From positions 48,280-112,279 of the forward strand of contig CANFJB010000007.1 of the NCBI GenBank assembly GCA_947447375.1: a stretch of 64,000 nucleotides of DNA, given 5' to 3'. Under the pieces are notes generated by a model. That model ran no database searches and was not told the DNA's origin. It saw only the letters and a program-made list of their open reading frames with translations. Positions 1-9,897 of this stretch are shown here, piece by piece. Source of the stretch: Bacteroidota bacterium (GTDB lineage: Bacteria > Bacteroidota > Bacteroidia > Flavobacteriales > Flavobacteriaceae). A program made the position numbers and the translations under genes. The number at the start of each line of letters is the position of its first letter. The stretch's first letter is position 1.

Positions 1-1127
1 GCCGTCCAAATGGGTAAAAAACCCGCTGCTTTATGGTGCAAAAGCATTGTGTTTACAATTCCGTCAATTTTTTCAGGAACAATTATTTGAAGTAATGGAA
101 ATGCACCTCTATAAATATCCCAAATCGATAGGGTAGAGTAGTATTCCTTGTTTGGCGCAACTGAAATAATATCATCTGCACCTCGATATTTTCCGTCTCT
201 ATCAGCAATATTTGAGGGTTGTAAAAGCAAATGATATAAAGAGGTATAGAAAATTTCTTTCTGTTTTTGACTTGCTTCGATGTCAATTCGGTTCAAATAT
301 TCATCCCAAATTTTTACGGCTATATTTCTAACATTATTAAAATCCCAATTAGGTATTTCTGAAGTTAAATTTAGTTTTGCGCCTTCAATACTCACAGTTG
401 ATAAAGCAATTTTGACTTGTAAGATGTTGCTTTTTGGCAATTCAAAATCTAAAATATATTTAGGTGCATTTTGCTTTTTTTCTTTTGGAAGTTCTTTTGA
501 TGCATAAAAAGGAGTTTCGAAATTAATCGTAAAGAAATACTTTTTGGTTACCCAACCTTTGGTTTTACAATAACCTGAAATGGTAGTTGGATTTTCAATT
601 TTAATATCACTTTCTAATACCAAACTGTCATTTAAAAATTGAATCCCGTGTTGAAAATCCAATAATAATTTACCTTTTGAATCAGGAAAAGTATATTTAT
701 GAAAAGCCACTCTTTCAGAACAAGTGAGTTCGACTTTTACGTCGTCTTTTTTCAATAATGAATAATAACCCACAGAAGCTGTTTCTGAGTTTTTGAAGTA
801 ACTATTTTTAAGTTTTGACTTATTTTCATTATAGGGTAATAATAGAATATTTCCCATTTCACCAATTCCAGTTCCACTAAAACGCATTTGCGAAAAGCCT
901 AGAAGAAGCGTGTCTTTAAATTGATATCCGCTGGTGTGATTCCAACCTTCCACACTATTATCAGGGCCAGGCTGAACCATTCCAAAAGGCAATGAAGGTC
1001 CAGGAAATGTATGTCCAGTCCCATCAGTTCCGATGAAAGTGTTTACAAATTTTGAATTACTTTGTGCAATAATTGGATTAAATCCAATGATAGAAAGTAC
1101 TACAATTATTATTTTCTTTATTTCCAT
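1..1127 (-). CDS. GH92 alpha-1,2-mannosidase family glycoside hydrolase (5' part; runs off the left edge)
   Basis: Not in the ORF track; translated by hand from ATG at 1127. It reads MEIKKIIIVVLSIIGFNPIIAQ (signal peptide) then FVNTFIGTDGTGHTFPGPSLPFGMVQPGPD...GYQFKD...GFSQMRFSGTG. The same frame near the left edge reads YSTLSIWDIYRGAFPLL. These are hallmark GH92 motifs. Confidence 0.9.
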   Translation of the reverse strand, partial: MEIKKIIIVVLSIIGFNPIIAQSNSKFVNTFIGTDGTGHTFPGPSLPFGMVQPGPDNSVEGWNHTSGYQFKDTLLLGFSQMRFSGTGIGEMGNILLLPYNENKSKLKNSYFKNSETASVGYYSLLKKDDVKVELTCSERVAFHKYTFPDSKGKLLLDFQHGIQFLNDSLVLESDIKIENPTTISGYCKTKGWVTKKYFFTINFETPFYASKELPKEKKQNAPKYILDFELPKSNILQVKIALSTVSIEGAKLNLTSEIPNWDFNNVRNIAVKIWDEYLNRIDIEASQKQKEIFYTSLYHLLLQPSNIADRDGKYRGADDIISVAPNKEYYSTLSIWDIYRGAFPLLQIIVPEKIDGIVNTMLLHHKAAGFLPIWT

Positions 1128-2482
1128 AATGAATCCATTTGTTCCAAACTTTTATTTTTGGTTTCTGGTACTTTTCTCCAAACAAATAGTAAAGATAGAA
1201 GACATATTATTGAAAACAAATAAAAAGGAAATGCCCCATTAAAATGTGTTTTTAACCATTGATTTTCGACTAAACTTGGAAAAACTTGAGTCACTACAAA
1301 ATTGGCAACCCATTGAATAAATACGCTAATTGCCAACGCCAAACTTCTAATTTTATTTGGAAAAATTTCTGATAATAATACCCACACAATTGGTCCCCAA
1401 GAAATACTAAATGAAGCCATGAATAGTAGTAAAAAGGGCAAAACCCAATTACCGATTGCCTCAAAATAAATAAACGATCCAACTGCAGCTAATGCAATTG
1501 TCATTCCAATTGAACCAATATAAAGCAACGGTTTTCTTCCCATTTTGTCCACAAAACGAATAGCCAACAAAGTAAAAATTAAGTTTACAACTCCTAAAAT
1601 GCTTGTTTCTAGCAAGGAAACATCTGTTGAACTTCCTAAGCTTTTAAATATCTCAGGGGCATAATATAAAATGGCATTAATACCTGTTAGTTGTTGTAAA
1701 ACAGAAAGACCAATTCCAACGAAAAGTGCTTTTTTAAACATTGGATTAACCAAATTTTTCCATTGGTTTACTTCTTTAACATTGATTGAATTTTCAATTT
1801 CTTCTTGAACTTGAAGTACTTCTTCAGGTGAATTTATTTTCTCTAATACGCCAACCGCTTCTGCAGTTTTTCCTTTTTGAAACAACCATCTAGGGCTTTC
1901 CGGAATTAGAAATATAAATATTAAAAATAGTATTGACGGGATAATTTCAGATCCAAACATCCAACGCCAACCAATATTCAAATTCCAGGCAGAATCGCCT
2001 TGAAGCGCAATAAAATAGTTTACAAAATAGACAACCACAATTCCAATAACAATTGCCAATTGATAGTTTCCTACTAAAGCTCCACGTCTTTTTGGAGGTG
2101 CAATTTCAGCGATATACATTGGGACAACCATAGATGCAATTCCCACACCAATTCCACCTATAATTCGGAATAGTACAAACATTGAAAAGGAAATGGGTAG
2201 GGCAGTACCAACGGAATTTAGAATAAATAAAATTGCTGTAATCAACATGGTGACTTTTCTTCCAAATCGATTACTATAATAATCAGAGATAAATGCACCA
2301 ATAATACAACCAACTAATGCGCTTGATATTGCCCAACCAGTTTCTATAGGTGTTAAATGAAAATACTGAGTTAAATTGCCAATTGCGCCCGAAATTACGG
2401 CTGTATCATAACCAAATAATAAACCTCCAAGTGCAGCGCTCAAAGCGATAAATAATATGTAATTCTTTTTCTTATTTTCCAT
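1118..2482 (-). CDS. Sugar porter family MFS transporter (XylE/GalP-like)
   Basis: GGLLFGYDTAVISGA, DYYSNRFGRK, PESPRWL, QQLTGIN, DKMGRK and PETK motifs; about 12 TMs. The likely start is ATG 2482 (MENKKK) rather than 2533. Confidence 0.93.
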   Translation of the reverse strand: MENKKKNYILFIALSAALGGLLFGYDTAVISGAIGNLTQYFHLTPIETGWAISSALVGCIIGAFISDYYSNRFGRKVTMLITAILFILNSVGTALPISFSMFVLFRIIGGIGVGIASMVVPMYIAEIAPPKRRGALVGNYQLAIVIGIVVVYFVNYFIALQGDSAWNLNIGWRWMFGSEIIPSILFLIFIFLIPESPRWLFQKGKTAEAVGVLEKINSPEEVLQVQEEIENSINVKEVNQWKNLVNPMFKKALFVGIGLSVLQQLTGINAILYYAPEIFKSLGSSTDVSLLETSILGVVNLIFTLLAIRFVDKMGRKPLLYIGSIGMTIALAAVGSFIYFEAIGNWVLPFLLLFMASFSISWGPIVWVLLSEIFPNKIRSLALAISVFIQWVANFVVTQVFPSLVENQWLKTHFNGAFPFYLFSIICLLSLLFVWRKVPETKNKSLEQMDSLWK

Positions 2483-2484
2483 TA

Positions 2485-3315
2485 TTATAGATTTTGTTGT
2501 AAATATTTTTTCATCTGTAGGTTGGTTTCCCATTGATTTGAAAGTGGTTTTTTAGTAAATGGTTCTTCGGGCATGTAGGGAAAAGGGCCAAATTCAGGGG
2601 TTATCGTAATTTGATTGCAATTTCTTTTTTTATGATATTCTATAATTTCTTTCCACCAATTTAAATACCTATCAAGGTAAGATTCCCATTCTGGTGCAAA
2701 TGGGTTGTTTACTTGTGGGCTTTGTTCAAACCCAATTCTGGCGTGTAGGTGTTTTATTTTAGGATAAATCTTCTTCAATAATTCTTTTTGATCCTCCAAA
2801 TTGCTTTCTGAAACTACACAGAAATGAGAAAAATCGGCTACTAAACTTAATTTTGGAAATAATTCTAAATACTGATGTAGGGTTTTCAAATGAAATGAAA
2901 ATCTCCCGCGATGAATTTCATGAACTATCGGAACATCGTATTTTTTGGATATAATTTCAGTCATTTCGATGATCTTACAGTTATCACTAAAATCATAATA
3001 ATCTTTTCCGGTATGAGAATTAATAAAATCAGGTTTTAATTTTGCTAAAAATTCTAGTCTTTCAGTAATTCTAATACTATATTCTTTTACCGACTCTGTT
3101 TTATTTGATAAAACTTGTTGGGCAATGAAAATGAAATTAGCATTAATTGTAGCTCTAATATTTTCTATTTCAGCTGTGAATTCATCAATAAATTCAGTGT
3201 TATCAGGGAAATTAATTTCAACCCCATCATAACCATTCGAAATCACATTCGATAGAAATTCTTTAGCAGATTGATTTTCGCAACCCCAAAAAGTACTTAT
3301 ATATTTGATATTCAT
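2485..3315 (-). CDS. Sugar phosphate isomerase/epimerase (xylose-isomerase-like TIM barrel)
   Basis: GYDGVEIN, HTGKD, HEIHRGR, DFSH, HLHAR and PEFG metal-ligand pattern. Confidence 0.8.
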   Translation of the reverse strand: MNIKYISTFWGCENQSAKEFLSNVISNGYDGVEINFPDNTEFIDEFTAEIENIRATINANFIFIAQQVLSNKTESVKEYSIRITERLEFLAKLKPDFINSHTGKDYYDFSDNCKIIEMTEIISKKYDVPIVHEIHRGRFSFHLKTLHQYLELFPKLSLVADFSHFCVVSESNLEDQKELLKKIYPKIKHLHARIGFEQSPQVNNPFAPEWESYLDRYLNWWKEIIEYHKKRNCNQITITPEFGPFPYMPEEPFTKKPLSNQWETNLQMKKYLQQNL

Positions 3316-3316
3316 A

Positions 3317-4144
3317 TTATTTAGAATATAAAACAGGATTAATAGGAGAGTTAATTATTTCTCCAATTTTAGCTCCAGGACACCAAGTATTCCAATCATG
3401 AATTTGGTTTTTATTATCGGGATTTTTCAAAAGCATGTCTTTGTCCATGTATATAATAGTCATCACTTTTCTCATTTCGTTAGTCACATTTGCACCAGCA
3501 CGGTGAAAAACCCAACCTGAATGAAAACTTATTTCACCTAAATCAAAGGCTTCAATTACATGTTTGAAATCAGTTACACGCAATTTCTTTTGAATAACTT
3601 CTTCACTTTCATCACCAATTTCTAATTCTCGACCTTCCACAATAGTGTGACTTCCTGCACTGAATTCCAACGGCCCCATTTCCAAAGGCGTTTCTTGAAG
3701 TGGCATCCAAGCGGTAATAGTTTTGTCTGTTTCTAATGGCCAGTAATATTGATCGGCATGCCAAGGAGTGATTCCGCCGCCGCCTTCTTTAAATAAAGCT
3801 TGGTCGTGGTACAATCGAACGCCGTTGACTTCCATTAAATCAGATGCAATTTTTGCTATTCGTTTACTGAAAATTAATTCTTTTACAATTGGATTTTCTG
3901 TCCATAAATTGAATAATTGGAGAAATGCTTTTCCGTAAGTTGTTCGGTCTTCCAATGCCGTTTGCTCTTGGTTCATTTCTTCAACTTGTTTTGAAATTGC
4001 AGCATTAAAAAACTGAATCGTTTCTGGATTTAAAACTTCTTTTAATTTTATAAATCTATTTTTTTGATAGAAGTCAATTTGTTCTTGACTTAATGAATAA
4101 GGTTTATTTAGAAATTCTGATATTGATTTAGAAAGTGTTTGCAT
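3317..4144 (-). CDS. Phytanoyl-CoA dioxygenase (PhyH) family Fe(II)/2-oxoglutarate dioxygenase
   Basis: TPWHADQYYW (HxD), distal FHRAGAN His, following Arg in MRKVMT, TAWMPL..T....GPL. Confidence 0.88.
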   Translation of the reverse strand: MQTLSKSISEFLNKPYSLSQEQIDFYQKNRFIKLKEVLNPETIQFFNAAISKQVEEMNQEQTALEDRTTYGKAFLQLFNLWTENPIVKELIFSKRIAKIASDLMEVNGVRLYHDQALFKEGGGGITPWHADQYYWPLETDKTITAWMPLQETPLEMGPLEFSAGSHTIVEGRELEIGDESEEVIQKKLRVTDFKHVIEAFDLGEISFHSGWVFHRAGANVTNEMRKVMTIIYMDKDMLLKNPDNKNQIHDWNTWCPGAKIGEIINSPINPVLYSK

Positions 4145-4285
4145 TGTTATTAATTTAAATAATAGTAATTATCAATTTCAAAATTATCGATTTGAATGAT
4201 AAACAATTAACATTAATTTGTTCAATTGTAACACTATATTGAATTATTTTATTTACTTTTCAGATTTAAAAGTTAATTTGTTGTT

Positions 4286-5128
4286 ATGAAAGCCATATTA
4301 GAAGACATTAAAACCAACCAAGGAATATCCAGTTTTCATGCATTTCGATATCAAGTTCCCTATTTTCAGTTCAAATGGCATTATCATCCAGAATTTGAAT
4401 TGACTTATATAGTTAAAGGAAATGGTTATCGAATCGTGGGTAATTCTTATGAACCTTTTGCTGAGGGTGATTTAGTTTTATTAGGTAGTAATTTACCACA
4501 TACTTGGTCTGGAAAAGCGGATGGTGATGTTAATTCAGATGCTATTGTAATTCAGTTTTCTAGTGAATTCATTTTACCATTTTTAGAATTGAATGAAAGT
4601 CTATTAATAAAGAATATGCTTGACAGTTCGCTTCGAGGTATTAATTTCGAACCTGATGAACAGTTAGTTACAAAAATTATTGAGATAACTGAGACTAATG
4701 GCGTAGAACGTATTTTGAAGTTGATTTCAATTTTAGATATTTTATCAAAAAAACAGATTAAATTGATTGCTCCAAATACTTTTCACAATATTGTTTCCAA
4801 GAAAAGTGAAGTTCGTATTAATAAAGTTTGTTTATTTATTCAAAATAATTTTCAGAATAAAATCTACTTGAAAGAGGTTGCCGACTTAATTTATTTGACT
4901 GAAAGCAACTTCTGTAAATTTTTTAAAAAAGCAACTGGGAAAACCTATTCAGATTATGTAAATGAAATACGTATAAACGAAGCCAGTCGATTGTTAATTC
5001 AGTCGGACAGAACAATTAGTCAAATTTCTTTTGAATGTGGATTTGAAACATTGAGTTACTTTAATAGAGTCTTTTTATATAAAAAAGGAATAACTCCATC
5101 GGTTTATAGGAAAAGTAGTGCTGTATGA
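4286..5128 (+). CDS. AraC family transcriptional regulator (cupin sensor + HTH)
   Basis: WHYHPEFEL cupin; C-terminal LKEVADLIYLTESNFCKFFKKATG...CGFETLSYFNRVF; divergent from the PhyH operon. Confidence 0.95.
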   Translation: MKAILEDIKTNQGISSFHAFRYQVPYFQFKWHYHPEFELTYIVKGNGYRIVGNSYEPFAEGDLVLLGSNLPHTWSGKADGDVNSDAIVIQFSSEFILPFLELNESLLIKNMLDSSLRGINFEPDEQLVTKIIEITETNGVERILKLISILDILSKKQIKLIAPNTFHNIVSKKSEVRINKVCLFIQNNFQNKIYLKEVADLIYLTESNFCKFFKKATGKTYSDYVNEIRINEASRLLIQSDRTISQISFECGFETLSYFNRVFLYKKGITPSVYRKSSAV

Positions 5129-5327
5129 AAAGTCATATTGTATTTTTAAAAAAAAATTATGATTATCAAAAATTTATTTTTTAATTTTTTTAATTTTTTT
5201 CATAAATAAATTATAAAATTTTATAAAAAATTATTAATATTGCAAAAAATTTAATCCCTCAAAGCCACCTATTTAAATTTATAGCCTATACTATTTAATT
5301 TTTTATAACTATAAATTATAATAACGT

Positions 5328-8300
5328 ATGAAAAAAAAATATCTAATTATTTGTTTTTTTATTTCCTTTTTTTCGGTTTCAGCTCAACAAATTTCATTAT
5401 TGAACTCAGATTATCCAGGTGCTAATGGGACCTACACAATAGATAATAATAGCAATGCTAATTATGTTAACTTTATCAATGATGTAGATTCCTCCTATAG
5501 CTTATCTGGTAACAATAACGGTTCAGGTAATTGGGATTGGAATTTTAATTATTATGGTGGTTATTCTACATATTTAATGGCTTATGGTTTTAGCTTCTCA
5601 TCAGACCCTTCAAATATAAATTGGATAATTTTTGAAGAATATGATTTTGATAATAATACTCAAACTAATTACACACCACCAACTGTAACTTTAACAACTC
5701 CTCTTTTAACAACAACTACAGCTAATACAATAACATGTTTTGCGGCAACTTTGGGCGGAGAAGTAACTAATGAAGGTGCTACATCTTTAACTTCTCGAGG
5801 AATTAACTGGGGACTGTCTGCTGGAAATCTAAATAACACAATACAGAATGGTTCAGGAATAGGAACTTTCGATGAAATATTATCTGGTTTAACTCCTAAT
5901 ACTACTTATTATTTTAGGGCTTTTGCTACTAATTCTAATGGCACATCTTATGGTAGTATTGAAAATTTTCAAACTTTAATAGCAATACCTGTTGTAACAA
6001 CTTCTGCAGAAAGTTCAATATCTTATAATGGTGCTACTTTGGGTGGAGAAGTGACTAGTGAAGGTGCTTCACAGGTTACTTCTCGAGGAGTAGTATGGGG
6101 ATTAACTTCAAATAATTTAAACAATACAATCCAAATAGGATCTGGTTCAGGAACATTCAGTCAATCTTTTACTGATTTAAGTCCAGGATCAACTTGTTAT
6201 TTCAGGACTTATGCCTTGAATTCCTATGGAACTGCCTATGGTGAAATACTTAGTTTTAAAACTTTACATGATAATTATGATATATTAGTAGTTTCCGGTG
6301 GTGGTAGTGGAGGAGCAGGTTATGGTGGCGGCGGCGGCGGCGGTGCGGTTAAATACTTTTTTAATCAATCTGTTTCTGGTAATACAGCAGTAACAGTTGG
6401 TGCAGGTGGGGCTGCAGTAAGAATCATTTCATCTGGTTCGGAAATTGCAAATCCAGGAGAAAGTTCCTCTTTTGGTAATTTAGTTGCTACCTCAAGTTCC
6501 GCAGCTAATGCTCCAAATCCAAATGGAGGAGGAGGAGGAGGTTCTGGAGGAGGTTCTGGAGGTTCTTTCGGAAGTGCATCAGGTGGAACTGCAGTATCAG
6601 GAATGGGATATAATGGTGGAAATTCTCAAGGGAATGGTGTAAATTTCTGGTCAGTTAATGGTGGAGGAGGTGGTGGTGCCGGTGCTTCTGGTAGCTTGGG
6701 TACAGGAGGAAATGGTGGGGCAGGTGGAGCTGGTATAGCCAATAGCATTACAGGAACTTCTGTTTATTATGGTGGTGGTGGTGGTGGTGGAGTAGTTCAT
6801 AATGCAACTAGAGGTGGAGCAGGAGGAATTGGGGGTGGTGGCGCCGGTTCAAAAGGAGATGTTTCTGCAACTAATGGAACTGCTAATACAGGCGGTGGCG
6901 GCGGTGGATTCGGAAGCATGAATGCCAGTCAGAGTAATAATCCCTCTGGTGCAGGAGGTTCAGGAATTGTTATAGTTAGATATTTAGGATCGACTATTCG
7001 AGCTACAGGAGGAACAATTACACAAGTTAATGGTTATACAATACATAAATTTACCAGTAGTGGTACTTTTTCATTATCGAATTGTACTAATCCTACTAGT
7101 GGAGGTACAATTGCCAATTCTCAAAGTGGTGCAACTCCTTTTAATCCCTCTGCTTTCACAAGTAGTGTAGCTGCAACCGGAGAGACAGGTACATTAGAAT
7201 ACAAATGGCAATCATCAACCACTAGTAACAGTAGCGGTTTTAGTGATATTGCAAGTAGTAATGCGAGTACTTATGATGCGGGTTCATTATCTCAAACTAC
7301 TTGGTTCAAAAGATTAGCTAGAGTTGATTGCCAAAGTGATTGGACTGGCGCAGCTGAAAGTAATGTATTAGAAGTTACGGTTAATTCATCGAACACTCTT
7401 GATAATTTAGGATTATCAAATAGTACTCCTGCTTCTGTGGCTTATTCTTTAAGAAAATTAAGTTCTAATTATTCTGGTCCTTTGGTTAGAATACTATTAG
7501 GCTCTTCCTATTATGATGTTTATCCAGATACGACAACCAATCAATTTTTCTCATTGAGTTCACCAGTATCTGCCTCTTATTCTAATTATAATGATGCTAA
7601 TACTGGTGCTACAGCTAATCTATTAAGTAGTTTAATAAGAGGTTCAACTTCAGCTAGTGTTGCTATTTGGTACGATCAAAGCGGAAACGGTATTGATGTA
7701 ATGACTTCATCTACAAATGGGCCAATAATTATTAACTCTGGAGCTATTCAAACTATGAATGGAAAACCAACTGTTTATTTTGCTAGTGTTAGTCAATCAA
7801 CTAGTCAACTAGTTTCATCGAATACTGTTGATTTTACTTCTCAAACAGCAGCTACAATAAATGCAGTTGTTCAAAATGTAGGTAGTATAAATTACATTTC
7901 AGGTGTAATATCAACAGGTTTAAATGGAGGTTGGGGTTTAAATTATGATCCTACTAATAGTATTAATGGTTATTGGATTGATGGATCTGGATGTACAAAT
8001 GCAAATTCTGGAGATACTAGCAATGTTAGTAAAATAGTAACTGGTATTATTGATATTGATCAAAATGCCAATACTTCTTCTATTTATGAAAATAACTCTT
8101 TGAAACAGACTAGAAATTCTATTTGTGGAATTAATCATACAACAACAGACAATATATGCATAGGTATTCGAGCAGCAAATGGTGGCGGAAGAATTTTCGA
8201 TGGATACCTATCTGAAGTAATGATATTTCCTTCCTATTTATCTAGTACAAATAGAAACTCCCTTGAGAACAATCAAAATGTTACTTATTTTTCGCCATCT

Positions 8301-8813
8301 ATTTCTATTACATCTAGCGATACAGATAACAGCATTTGCTTAGGCGATTCAGTTACCTTCACAGCATCTTCTTATAATGTAAATAACCCAACGTATCAAT
8401 GGTATTTAAATGGAAACGCAATAAATGGAGCAACTGCTTCCGCTTTTTCATCAACTACTTTAGCAAATAATGATACAATATATGTTGTTATGGATGTTTC
8501 AGGTACGCCTTTAGCAAGTAACTCTATAAGTACTACAGTTTCAAATAGTTCTTTAGTAACCTCTGCTATAAAATTATCAACTGGTGCTACAACAGTAACA
8601 TCATTAACAAGTAATTTAACATGGGCTATTGATAATACTTTAAATGATGATAATGCTTTGTTTCAAATTACTTCTGGACATGTATTGAGTTTTAGAAGTG
8701 CTAAAAATTATGTAAATGGTCAAAGTAACACTTATTCTGTATCTGCTACATCAGGTTGTACAACAAAAAATATAACGGTAACTATTAGTCCTTTTTGTGG
8801 TAATTGGAATTAA
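5328..8813 (+). CDS. Large Sec-exported mosaic protein (2x FN3-like, glycine-rich domain, Ig/PKD-like, LamG/ArabFuran-catalytic-like, partial cadherin-like)
   Basis: Signal peptide; two GGEVT.EGA...SRG..WG...L.P..T.YFR.YA.NS.GT.YG modules; poly-Gly block ending TIHKFTSSGTF; SVAYSLRKL...WYDQSGNG domain. No recognisable T9SS CTD. Confidence 0.75.
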   Translation: MKKKYLIICFFISFFSVSAQQISLLNSDYPGANGTYTIDNNSNANYVNFINDVDSSYSLSGNNNGSGNWDWNFNYYGGYSTYLMAYGFSFSSDPSNINWIIFEEYDFDNNTQTNYTPPTVTLTTPLLTTTTANTITCFAATLGGEVTNEGATSLTSRGINWGLSAGNLNNTIQNGSGIGTFDEILSGLTPNTTYYFRAFATNSNGTSYGSIENFQTLIAIPVVTTSAESSISYNGATLGGEVTSEGASQVTSRGVVWGLTSNNLNNTIQIGSGSGTFSQSFTDLSPGSTCYFRTYALNSYGTAYGEILSFKTLHDNYDILVVSGGGSGGAGYGGGGGGGAVKYFFNQSVSGNTAVTVGAGGAAVRIISSGSEIANPGESSSFGNLVATSSSAANAPNPNGGGGGGSGGGSGGSFGSASGGTAVSGMGYNGGNSQGNGVNFWSVNGGGGGGAGASGSLGTGGNGGAGGAGIANSITGTSVYYGGGGGGGVVHNATRGGAGGIGGGGAGSKGDVSATNGTANTGGGGGGFGSMNASQSNNPSGAGGSGIVIVRYLGSTIRATGGTITQVNGYTIHKFTSSGTFSLSNCTNPTSGGTIANSQSGATPFNPSAFTSSVAATGETGTLEYKWQSSTTSNSSGFSDIASSNASTYDAGSLSQTTWFKRLARVDCQSDWTGAAESNVLEVTVNSSNTLDNLGLSNSTPASVAYSLRKLSSNYSGPLVRILLGSSYYDVYPDTTTNQFFSLSSPVSASYSNYNDANTGATANLLSSLIRGSTSASVAIWYDQSGNGIDVMTSSTNGPIIINSGAIQTMNGKPTVYFASVSQSTSQLVSSNTVDFTSQTAATINAVVQNVGSINYISGVISTGLNGGWGLNYDPTNSINGYWIDGSGCTNANSGDTSNVSKIVTGIIDIDQNANTSSIYENNSLKQTRNSICGINHTTTDNICIGIRAANGGGRIFDGYLSEVMIFPSYLSSTNRNSLENNQNVTYFSPSISITSSDTDNSICLGDSVTFTASSYNVNNPTYQWYLNGNAINGATASAFSSTTLANNDTIYVVMDVSGTPLASNSISTTVSNSSLVTSAIKLSTGATTVTSLTSNLTWAIDNTLNDDNALFQITSGHVLSFRSAKNYVNGQSNTYSVSATSGCTTKNITVTISPFCGNWN
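5676..6266 (+). repeat. Tandem duplication of an FN3-like module inside the 1161-aa CDS
   Basis: The two units are similar at DNA level, e.g. actttgggcggagaagtaactaatgaaggtgct...acttctcgagga vs actttgggtggagaagtgactagtgaaggtgct...acttctcgagga; boundaries approximate. Confidence 0.8.
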
Positions 8814-8841
8814 ATTATAGTTATATTCCTTTAAATTTTAT

Positions 8842-8877
8842 AAATCCCTACTGTGAAAGCAGTAGGGATTTTTTTTT
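8842..8877 (+). terminator. Rho-independent terminator
   Basis: AAATCCCTACTG-TGAAAG-CAGTAGGGATTT followed by a T-run, just after the 1161-aa CDS. Confidence 0.85.
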
Positions 8878-8880
8878 ATC

Positions 8881-9292
8881 TCTAATTTGAGTGCTACTCA
8901 TAACAGGAATAATGTAATTCTATTGCATTTTTAATTTAGTCGGTTGTGCGAAGAAAATTCCTTTTCAAACCTCAGTTCAAGTTCCGGCAGCCAGAGGAAA
9001 TGTTACTTATTCAAAAGATAAAAACAACAATTATGAGATTAAATTAGAGATTTCCTATTTGGCTGAACCCAATAGATTGCAACCGCCAAAAGCTGCTTAT
9101 GTCGTTTGGTTGGAATCCGATCAAAGTTCCAATCCTATTAATTTAGGTCAGATTGTAGGAACCTCAAAACTTAAAATTAAGTTTGAAACCGTTTCTTCAT
9201 CAAAACCTAAAAGGATTTTTATTACCGCAGAGGACGATCCTACGATTCATTATCCAGGAAGTTATTTGGTATTGGAAACAAAAGATTTTTGA
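8881..9292 (+). pseudogene. 5'-degraded lipoprotein gene (small conserved Bacteroidota lipoprotein-like)
   Basis: The 9059 ORF frame extends upstream as ..NLVGCAKKIPFQTSVQVPAARGNVTYSKDKNNNYEIKLEISYLAEP.. (lipobox Cys at 8945) to an in-frame TAA at 8915-8917, with no ATG. Hydrophobic signal-peptide-like stretches (VLLITGI, VILL) lie in other frames. Confidence 0.6.
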
Positions 9293-9306
9293 TTTAAATT
9301 ATAAGA

Positions 9307-9334
9307 AAGGCTGCTAATTAGCAGCTTTTTTTTT
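9307..9334 (+). terminator. Rho-independent terminator
   Basis: GCTGCT-AATT-AGCAGC followed by T9. Confidence 0.7.
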
Positions 9335-9497
9335 AATAAAAATTTAATCGCTTTTTAATAGTTTCAATCGTTTTTTAGCATATTTAATTGTTAATAGAGT
9401 TTTAATTTTACATCATATTTAATCAATTTTTAGAAAACGTATTTTAAAAGTTGGAACTTTGAAATTGAATTAAATAAACCATTTAAGTTTTTATAAT

Positions 9498-9860
9498 ATG
9501 TTGATAAATAATATTTTAGTTATAGATCGGGGAGATGCTTCAAAAGGTATTTTTGAAACTAAGTACTATAATAATTTCAATATTCTGAAAATCAACAATG
9601 GGAATTCAATTGATGAAAATGAAATAGAAAAATCGGAGTTAACTTTTGTTTTTGTTTATGAAGCATCAGATTTAATTGAAGCCATACCATTTTATAATAG
9701 AAATTCTTCGTTAATTATTATTTATTCTGATCCTACTTTATCATTTGATAATTTAGAATATGCCTATTCAATAAATTTTTTAGAAGGTCTAGAAAAGACC
9801 AAAAAAGAAATTGAATCGATTATTGATTTTATAACAATTCAGGAGATTTACAAACTATAA
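9498..9860 (+). CDS. Hypothetical protein (possibly a degenerate receiver-like alpha/beta fold)
   Basis: 120-aa ORF with ATG and a downstream terminator; starts NILVID like a receiver beta-1 strand but has no clear phosphoacceptor Asp. Confidence 0.5.
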   Translation: MLINNILVIDRGDASKGIFETKYYNNFNILKINNGNSIDENEIEKSELTFVFVYEASDLIEAIPFYNRNSSLIIIYSDPTLSFDNLEYAYSINFLEGLEKTKKEIESIIDFITIQEIYKL

Positions 9861-9862
9861 AT

Positions 9863-9896
9863 AAAAAAAGACAAACTACTTAGTTTGTCTTTTTTT
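9863..9896. terminator. Bidirectional terminator between ORF 9498 and tRNA-Val
   Basis: AAAAAAAGACAAACT-ACTT-AGTTTGTCTTTTTTT. Confidence 0.85.
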
Positions 9897-9897
9897 G

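Noticed and set aside
6266-6910. GGT/GGC/GGA trinucleotide runs as phase-variable contingency loci
   Set aside because: They are in-frame poly-Gly codons with mixed third positions; slippage would not shift the frame
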